From positions 17,524 to 81,523 of IMG/VR virus record IMGVR_UViG_3300032236_001065: a DNA stretch of 64,000 bases. The stretch is one strand, 5' to 3'. Under the pieces are notes generated by a model. It saw only the letters and a program-made list of their open reading frames with translations, was not told the DNA's origin and made no database searches. The position numbers and the translations under genes are program-made. Of the stretch, positions 58,168 to 64,000 are shown piece after piece. Source of the DNA: a virus. Within the stretch, counting starts at the first letter, position 1, and each line of letters begins with the position of its first letter.

Positions 58168-58650
58168 ATGCAAACATTCCTTCCTTCAGGTGATTACACC
58201 TACTCAGCCATGTATCTTGACAGCAAGCGTCTTAATAAGCAGATTCTAGAAGGATATCAAATCCTTAAAGTTCTATCCACCAACGGCAAAGCTTGGCGTA
58301 ACCACCCAGCAGTATTAATGTGGGAAGGTCATGAGTTTGAGCTTCTAAAGTATATCAATCGCATGATTGATGAAGCCAAGTCTCGTGGTATCAAGACTGA
58401 CAAGAATTACGATAATGTTCGTGACCTAGTTGCTAACCACAGTGCCTATTGGGGTAAATCACAACCCGATTGGATGCGGGACAAAGAAAAGCTTGGTCGT
58501 ATTGTAGCAACACATAGAGCTAATCTATATCGCAAAGACCCTATTTACTATGCAGAATATGCAAAGGCAGTTGATCATAAACTAAATAAGCCATGTTGCG
58601 ACAAGTGTTTGTACTATTGGCCTACCCACCCACTACGAAAGGTAAAGTAA
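58168..58650 (+). CDS. Pyrimidine dimer DNA glycosylase (DenV) superfamily, MSMEG_6728-like
   Basis: MQTFLP...LD.KRL.KQ..E..QIL...W.NHPAV.MW.G...HRANL.RKDP..Y...Y.WP. Confidence 0.85.
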   Translation: MQTFLPSGDYTYSAMYLDSKRLNKQILEGYQILKVLSTNGKAWRNHPAVLMWEGHEFELLKYINRMIDEAKSRGIKTDKNYDNVRDLVANHSAYWGKSQPDWMRDKEKLGRIVATHRANLYRKDPIYYAEYAKAVDHKLNKPCCDKCLYYWPTHPLRKVK

Positions 58651-58853
58651 TGAAGAAAAAGATAGCAATAGCAGTAGCAATTTTATTAACTCTAGGCATA
58701 GCGACAAGTTATGCTGGAGAAAAATACTGGATTAAGGTAATGAATAACGCATCAGGTGGTTCTGGATTATCTAAATGGTGCGACAATCACAATCTTATTT
58801 ATTTATATGTGGGGATGAATGACGCTCTTGCCGTCGTCCCTAAAGGATGCTAG
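58650..58853 (+). CDS. Small exported protein
   Basis: MKKKIAIAVAILLTLGIA signal; C...C pair. Confidence 0.6.
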   Translation: MKKKIAIAVAILLTLGIATSYAGEKYWIKVMNNASGGSGLSKWCDNHNLIYLYVGMNDALAVVPKGC

Positions 58854-59258
58854 ATGACCCAGAATGAGTTAAGACTAAAAATATGGCGTGAGCCTGCACT
58901 TGGTGTTTATTATTATGAAATTGCCAATGCTGATGGTGTAGTTTATATTGAAGGAACAGACCCAAATCCTTATGGAGTAATAGACACTTTAGCTAATGAG
59001 ATGTGTGAACTAGGGTGGAGAGATGCCGATGAATTGTTAAAGTACATAAATGAAAAACTATCTTGGGAAAATAATACTGAAGCAGGTGCTGCTTACTCAG
59101 CCCTTCGTGCAGTGCTAGAACATCTCAAAGGTTGGCGGGATTGGGAATCAAGATGGAAAGGCCATATGTCTATGACTATTCTTGCAGATGAAGAAAGAAA
59201 TGCTAGATATAAACTTGTAAAAGAACTTACTGCTATTATTGAGAAGGAATTAGGATGA
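58854..59258 (+). CDS. Hypothetical protein, MTHDELL family C-terminal half
   Basis: DELL...ALRAV.E...IEKELG. Confidence 0.65.
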   Translation: MTQNELRLKIWREPALGVYYYEIANADGVVYIEGTDPNPYGVIDTLANEMCELGWRDADELLKYINEKLSWENNTEAGAAYSALRAVLEHLKGWRDWESRWKGHMSMTILADEERNARYKLVKELTAIIEKELG

Positions 59259-59479
59259 CTCACGATGAATTGCTGGCAGACATAAATGAAGCAATCCAAT
59301 ATGAAGAAGATAAGCAAGTATGGAAAGCCCTTCGTGCAGTAGTGGAATGGCACAGAGAGTCATACAACCCTAATATTATGGACAATAGAAGTGTCTGCCA
59401 GCAATGCACTACGGGCCTGGAAAATATTGTCCACTATCCATGCCCTACTATCCAAGTCATTGAGAAGGAGTTGACATGA
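59255..59479 (+). CDS. MTHDELL-family Zn-binding protein
   Basis: ALRAVVEWH...CQQC...YPCPTIQVIEKEL. Confidence 0.7.
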   Translation: MTHDELLADINEAIQYEEDKQVWKALRAVVEWHRESYNPNIMDNRSVCQQCTTGLENIVHYPCPTIQVIEKELT

Positions 59480-59727
59480 CACACGATGAACTATTAGAAG
59501 ATATTAAAACAGAGGCGGGTAAAGAGTTAGTTTCATATATGAATAATAACTATGGATCATCAATATGGGGTAAAGTCAAAGAGTCTGTAATAGCCATTGA
59601 AAAAGAATTATGCAAGCATGAAAACACAACATGGGACGGAATTACATGTGAGCAGTGCGGGGATTCTGATGAAACTTGTGATGATTGTGGTAAGTTTTTA
59701 AGTCATTTAGGAGATTGGTATGAGTAA
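59476..59727 (+). CDS. MTHDELL-family protein with C-terminal Zn ribbon
   Basis: MTHDELL...IEKELCKH...CEQC...CDDC. Confidence 0.65.
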   Translation: MTHDELLEDIKTEAGKELVSYMNNNYGSSIWGKVKESVIAIEKELCKHENTTWDGITCEQCGDSDETCDDCGKFLSHLGDWYE

Positions 59728-59935
59728 TTTAAATCCAGTTTATGACAGTTCAGGTCGTGGGATAATTGCAGTTGATGGCTGGGACAATGGAAAACCAGTT
59801 AGATTTGTACCTGAATACCAACTACGTCAACAAATAGCCAAAGATATTGAGGCATTGATGGAAGAAAGCAGTGTCAATACTGCAGTTTTTGCATTATTGT
59901 GGATCAAAAAATGTGCTGATAGAGCAAGAGGGTAA
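59720..59935 (+). CDS. Hypothetical protein
   Basis: LRQQIAKDIE...ARG motif; SD AGGAG. Confidence 0.6.
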   Translation: MSNLNPVYDSSGRGIIAVDGWDNGKPVRFVPEYQLRQQIAKDIEALMEESSVNTAVFALLWIKKCADRARG

Positions 59936-59948
59936 AGGAGCATAAATA

Positions 59949-60203
59949 ATGCCTAAGAAAGAAAAACCATTATATCGTGTTGTAGTAGAGCCAGGAGGCG
60001 GTCACGGTCAATACCCAAAGTATGAAAAGTTTTGGTATATTGAAAAATGGGATAGTAAGAGTAAACGTTATTTCAGAACTGGCAACGATGGACTGCATGT
60101 TATCAAATGGTTTATGTGGCGGGCAATCAGAAAAGAATTAAAGAAACTCAACGCAGGATATCAATCAGAACATTACACCATTAACGGAGTAAAAATTGAC
60201 TAA
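59949..60203 (+). CDS. Basic hypothetical protein
   Basis: SD AAGGAG. Confidence 0.6.
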   Translation: MPKKEKPLYRVVVEPGGGHGQYPKYEKFWYIEKWDSKSKRYFRTGNDGLHVIKWFMWRAIRKELKKLNAGYQSEHYTINGVKID

Positions 60204-60333
60204 CGAGGAGAAACAAGAGCTTATAAACCGTATGGTAGGATTGGTCACAAAGACTGACGGCGGGCTCGTAGACTCCCTTATAGCCCGTTTATGGGTCAAT
60301 AAATGCATAGAGATAGTGGACCAATACGAATGA
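60196..60333 (+). CDS. Small hypothetical protein (TTG start, not in ORF track)
   Basis: SD GGAG; fills gap with overlaps at both ends; ARLWVNKC resembles ALLWIKKC of ORF 59720. Confidence 0.5.
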   Translation: MTNEEKQELINRMVGLVTKTDGGLVDSLIARLWVNKCIEIVDQYE

Positions 60334-60518
60334 AATATGACTGGGAGAACCCAAAGCGAGTAAACCACAGCAGCAACTGGATCTTAAACAAGATAGGCAA
60401 TCTTTGTGAACTAATGGCAAGACCACTAATGTCTCTGTACTACAGATGGGGAACCTTCTGGTCAATAGGAGAACTAAATTTTACAGAAGATATTGATGCA
60501 CAATTGGAAGAAGAATGA
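60330..60518 (+). CDS. Hypothetical protein, paralogous to 57837..58139
   Basis: GNLCELMARP...YYRWGTFW. Confidence 0.6.
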   Translation: MKYDWENPKRVNHSSNWILNKIGNLCELMARPLMSLYYRWGTFWSIGELNFTEDIDAQLEEE

Positions 60519-60871
60519 GCGAAAATCAGGAAGTAAATATTAGAATTTTTAAACTCTACGATATGTGGAGATATGAAATTAAGTCGGGCAAAAGAACATA
60601 TCTTGGATCTGGCAATGATTTTGATGATGCAGAAAAGCGGGCATTTGAAAAAGCTAAAGACTTTAAAGGAACTATTCATATTTGGTATGAGGGCGGGAAA
60701 GCAGTAGAACCAGTAACAGGAACATTTGCTGATGCTCTAGTAAATGAAGGATTTAAAAAAGTATTGGATGATCCAAAAACACAAAAAGTGTTAGATAAAC
60801 TTGGATCAGATTATGATGCAGAAGGCAAAGCATATTGGGATAAATGGGATAATGATTTTGGAAACCCTTGA
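60515..60871 (+). CDS. Hypothetical protein
   Basis: Coupled ORF. Confidence 0.6.
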   Translation: MSENQEVNIRIFKLYDMWRYEIKSGKRTYLGSGNDFDDAEKRAFEKAKDFKGTIHIWYEGGKAVEPVTGTFADALVNEGFKKVLDDPKTQKVLDKLGSDYDAEGKAYWDKWDNDFGNP

Positions 60872-60897
60872 CAGATTCCAATGTGGCATGCTACAAT
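60868..60897 (+). promoter_or_regulatory. Promoter TTGACA-N18-TACAAT (TG-extended)
   Basis: Upstream of ssb. Confidence 0.8.
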
Positions 60898-60970
60898 AAG
60901 ATTCAAGCCCGCAAGGACTTGATTACGATAACTAACCCCACGAAAGTGGATACGAGAAAAGGAGAAATAC

Positions 60971-61369
60971 ATGCCAAATCCAGAGATTACTCTGAAAGGC
61001 AACTTGGCTTCACAGCCAGAACTAAAGAAACTATCAACAGGTTCATTACTCAAATTCCGAGTAATTACCAATGATTGGGTAAAGGATCAAAGCGGTAATT
61101 GGTCCAACAAGGATACTTCAGGCTGGAATATTGAAGTCTGGGGAGAAAAGGCTGATAAGCTCAGCAAGCACCTCAAGAAAGGCTCAGGCGTAATGGTCAT
61201 GGGTAAGATGCGAGAGCGTCTATTTGAGGACAAGGACGGCAATAAGCGTTCAGTCGTAGAGGTCAAAGCAGATAGCGTTGCTCTAGATATTAGCTCAATT
61301 GAAAAGGATTCTGGCACTAGCTGGGATGGCGATTCAACTTGGAACGCCACAGGGGATACACCCTTCTAA
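60971..61369 (+). CDS. ssb: Bacterial-type single-stranded DNA-binding protein
   Basis: ITLKGNLASQPEL, LKKGSGVMVMG, C-terminal DTPF. Confidence 0.93.
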   Translation: MPNPEITLKGNLASQPELKKLSTGSLLKFRVITNDWVKDQSGNWSNKDTSGWNIEVWGEKADKLSKHLKKGSGVMVMGKMRERLFEDKDGNKRSVVEVKADSVALDISSIEKDSGTSWDGDSTWNATGDTPF

Positions 61370-61474
61370 ACACAAATGGTCGTAGGCAGGTAAGAATGTG
61401 TGGGGGGTACTGGTCCAAAGTACCGTGTTCTCTGCCCCACACATCACCACAAACAACTAACAGGAAACGGGATT

Positions 61475-61663
61475 ATGAGAAAGATTACTGAACTACCAAA
61501 GAAAGATGCAACACAATGCTTTACCTATAAGGTTGAAATGATTATTCAGGTATTGGCAAAGGACGAAGAGACCGCAAAGAATAACTTAGACACAAATGGT
61601 GGATATGTATCACACCGTGAAGTTATACTATTAGATAGTGTGCAATTAAAGAGCGAGAAGTAA
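61475..61663 (+). CDS. Hypothetical protein
   Basis: YKVEMIIQVLAKDEETA...GGYVS.REV. Confidence 0.6.
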   Translation: MRKITELPKKDATQCFTYKVEMIIQVLAKDEETAKNNLDTNGGYVSHREVILLDSVQLKSEK

Positions 61664-61785
61664 TTGAGCGAAAAACAGGAAGACAATGTAATTGATTTCC
61701 CGCAAGCGGGAGTATCAGATGAAGATTTCAATATCTTCATGCAGGCCTTCTTAGGCCCATATAAGGGTGGAGGATATAACCCAGA

Positions 61786-61971
61786 ATGAAGAAGAATAAC
61801 AAGGCAGTTTCACAAAGAGGATTAAAGCGTGACGCTAAGAATAAAAAGCGTGTCAAAAGATCCACAGAACTTAAAGATTTTAATAATTTAGTCGGAACAT
61901 TTAAGTTTATGCAAGAATATATACGAAATGCGAAAAAGCAAGATGCAAATCAAGACACTCAGACTAAATAG
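61786..61971 (+). CDS. Basic hypothetical protein
   Basis: SD GGAGG; K/R-rich. Confidence 0.5.
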   Translation: MKKNNKAVSQRGLKRDAKNKKRVKRSTELKDFNNLVGTFKFMQEYIRNAKKQDANQDTQTK

Positions 61972-62386
61972 TGACGCCAAACTCCCCGCCTATGCAAAAG
62001 TAGGAGATGCGGGAGCTGACTTATGTGCAGCATATGCAATGACACTATTACCAGGGGAATTTAAACTTGTACCAACAGGTATCGCACTTGCAATTCCACT
62101 TGGCTATGTAGGATTAATTCATCCTAGATCTGGCCTTGCAGCCAAGCACGGTATCACCGTGCTTAACACACCAGGCACAGTAGATGCGGGGTATCGGGGA
62201 GAAATCAAGGTTATCCTCATCAATCACAGCAAAGAAGTGTATAATATAGAGCGTGGCGAGAGAATCGCCCAATTGGTTATTCAAAAGGTTGAAGGAGCAT
62301 TCTTTGACCCAGTAGATGAACTGGATGCCACGGAACGTGGCAATGGTGGATTTGGATCAACAGGAAAAGGCGGGGCATGGGGATGA
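61943..62386 (+). CDS. dut: Trimeric dUTPase
   Basis: [37 protein letters not shown]. Confidence 0.96.
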   Translation: MQIKTLRLNSDAKLPAYAKVGDAGADLCAAYAMTLLPGEFKLVPTGIALAIPLGYVGLIHPRSGLAAKHGITVLNTPGTVDAGYRGEIKVILINHSKEVYNIERGERIAQLVIQKVEGAFFDPVDELDATERGNGGFGSTGKGGAWG

Positions 62387-62877
62387 ATATCACAGTAACT
62401 TGGTTTACTATAATCATAGGGGGATATACACTTATCTGCCTATTTGGAATCAATTTCTATGAGAGTAAGCTTACAGACTCATTTAGAACATCAATGGATT
62501 ATAAGCGGGCATTAGATTTGGCTCAAGGTTCAAAACAGCATCATTCTGCCCATTATACTTGGCTACAAATGGAAGTGGGCAAACTCAATGCAGAAAATGA
62601 AGCTTTACAGGCTCAGATCAAATCTATCAAGGATGAAAATTCTGCCCTTCGTAATGGTATAAATCCATCAATTTGGAGTGTTAGACCAGTTACAGATAGT
62701 GCTGTATATGTGGCGGGGGAGTCCAAGGATATGCATTATGAGTCTAGTACATATAAGACAGATAGATTTGAATCAGCATATGAGAATAGTAAATACAATG
62801 GATATAGCCTATATGCCAATCAAATAGAACTAGAACTAGAGCATCCATATGTCAGACAATATGGATATAAGCCCTAA
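62383..62877 (+). CDS. Membrane-anchored coiled-coil protein
   Basis: N-terminal TM segment, central heptads. Confidence 0.55.
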   Translation: MNITVTWFTIIIGGYTLICLFGINFYESKLTDSFRTSMDYKRALDLAQGSKQHHSAHYTWLQMEVGKLNAENEALQAQIKSIKDENSALRNGINPSIWSVRPVTDSAVYVAGESKDMHYESSTYKTDRFESAYENSKYNGYSLYANQIELELEHPYVRQYGYKP

Positions 62878-62988
62878 ATGGTAGATAAGCATCACTTGAA
62901 GAGTATAGAGCCAGAATGTAAACACAAACTCACACTAGAAGGTCAAAGACTCATATGTGAATATTGTGGAGAGACATTTAAGCTCTAA
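62878..62988 (+). CDS. 36-aa Zn-ribbon peptide (not in ORF track)
   Basis: ECKHKL...LICEYCGETF. Confidence 0.45.
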   Translation: MVDKHHLKSIEPECKHKLTLEGQRLICEYCGETFKL

Positions 62989-62989
62989 A

Positions 62990-63520
62990 AGATATACTCG
63001 CTACGCTCGTATCTCCTAAATCCCGCCCATTTTATGTGGCATATTGTGGAGTAATGTGGAGCAAAGTGGAGAATAATATCTCACCATATGATATTAATAT
63101 CAGTTTATATTTAGATAGAGATTGTTACAAGTTATAGAGCATAACATATTGCCCATAGTAATGTCAAATTTTGGCCATATGATAAATATCACATATAAAA
63201 ATAGCGGATTTTTGGCCATATTTTGGACAATTTTGATCTATTTTGTACAATATATCTCACATTTTGATACAATACTGTGTGAATTTGATCACAAATTATA
63301 ATAGTCCAAATAAAAATACATTTATAAGATCATTTCACACAACTTCCAGAGAATTTTGGATCAGTTCGTAATGTCTATTCTAGCTATATTGGATATGTCT
63401 AATAAAAATTAGATCTTCTAGGATCTCCCGCCCAACTTCGGGAGATTTTTTGATCCGTTCGTAATGTCAAAAATGGAAAAATGGCGTGGCACGCAAAATA
63501 GGACAAATCGGACATATGGA
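62990..63520. repeat. AT-rich non-coding region with short direct repeats and hairpins (possible origin / genome-end region)
   Basis: GTGGAG x3, TTTTGGCCATAT x2, GATC.GTTCGTAATGTC x2; strand switch follows. Confidence 0.6.
63423..63451 (+). terminator. Hairpin with T-tract
   Basis: ATCTCCCG-CCCAACTT-CGGGAGAT-TTTTT. Confidence 0.55.
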
Positions 63521-63522
63521 AT

Positions 63523-63564
63523 AAAAAGAAAGAAGCCCCCACGACCCAACTCGTGGAGGCTTCT
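63523..63564 (-). terminator. Terminator of the minus-strand operon
   Basis: AGAAGCCCCCACGA/TCGTGGAGGCTTCT stem with A-tract on its left (T-tract on minus strand). Confidence 0.7.
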
Positions 63565-63590
63565 ATGGCTTTAGTGTAGCAGCCTATATG

Positions 63591-63875
63591 TTATACCTGT
63601 AGATATTCGTTACGGGGCTCCTGAACTCTACCTACAGTTCCCGTCAGGCCCAACTCCTGCAGGGATGTATAAAGAACTTTGCATTGATTATGAACTTCTT
63701 CTAAATGAAGCGGGATTACTGGATGTGTTGCCATTAATATAATATAATTAACAGCATATTGTAGGACCGATTCATTAACATACCTAGATTCATGTAACAT
63801 TTTATATGCCATAGCCGCAGGTGATACATCAGCATGTCCAAAACCTTTGGCAATTTGTTTATGTAATTTATCCAT
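63591..63875 (-). CDS. Hypothetical protein
   Basis: SD GAGGAGG on minus strand; followed by terminator. Confidence 0.7.
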   Translation of the reverse strand: MDKLHKQIAKGFGHADVSPAAMAYKMLHESRYVNESVLQYAVNYIILMATHPVIPLHLEEVHNQCKVLYTSLQELGLTGTVGRVQEPRNEYLQV

Positions 63876-63999
63876 TATCTTCCTCCTCTTCCCACTCGGT
63901 TACTAGTTCTTGGGCAACCAGCCATTCTAGCACATCATACTCTTCTACGTCAACTCCGCCCCAAGGCTTGGCCCAGAATGCATCCCAGACTTGTTTTAA
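63868..63999 (-). CDS. 3' end of a hypothetical acidic protein starting beyond the window
   Basis: Open frame LKQVWDAFWAKPWGGVDVEEYDVLEW...EEEEDNG*. Confidence 0.6.
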   Translation of the reverse strand, partial: LKQVWDAFWAKPWGGVDVEEYDVLEWLVAQELVTEWEEEEDNG

Positions 64000-64000
64000 A

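Noticed and set aside
60868-61074. 68-aa ORF upstream of ssb
   Set aside because: Its TTG start is the -35 box; it spans the promoter and leader and overlaps ssb out of frame
830-61740. Many minus-strand ORFs in the track (e.g. 55796..56416, 32230..32679, 57094..57513)
   Set aside because: They are antisense shadows of well-supported + strand genes with no SD or recognisable motif
1-64000. Stop-codon reassignment
   Set aside because: Core genes are full length under the standard code, all three stops are used, and no suppressor tRNA is present

Overview
A 64-kb, AT-rich segment of a large tailed dsDNA phage (long-tailed siphovirus architecture), almost entirely coded on the + strand until about 63 kb. 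Gene order: end of the endolysin, prohead protease/scaffold, major capsid, head-tail and tail genes with a -1 frameshifted tail chaperone, tape measure and tail tip/fibre genes (0.8-25 kb); a replication/recombination block (DnaB, primase, gp32-type SSB, DnaE, RecA, two resolvase-like nucleases, solo Cas4; 26-38.5 kb); a sugar/methyltransferase islet and terminase (38.5-43 kb); four tRNAs, a candidate ncRNA, a Gly-rich virion appendage and a stress/proteostasis set (Hsp20, Dps, GroES, thioredoxin, HslV-like, WhiB; 43.5-56 kb); small accessory ORFs, SSB, dUTPase and a repeat-rich non-coding strand-switch region (56-64 kb). WhiB, leaderless starts and the gene order point to an actinobacterial host, with a layout recalling large Streptomyces cluster BE/BK-type phages and their low-GC freshwater relatives (inference). 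The most interesting signals are: (1) a putative capsid cargo-loading system, in which two ORFs about 47-50 kb away from the head genes share the scaffold's C-terminal W-x-G-x-F peptide and its hydrophobic-x-K repeats, and one also shares its internal-start architecture and sits behind the capsid-gene leader; (2) strong, frame-independent enrichment of (G)GCGGG; (3) a ~120-nt structured RNA directly behind tRNA-Gln; (4) a ROSE-like thermometer on hsp20; (5) a GA-sheared GNA DNA mini-hairpin in the probable origin/terminus region. All product calls are from motif recognition by eye; no database search was run.
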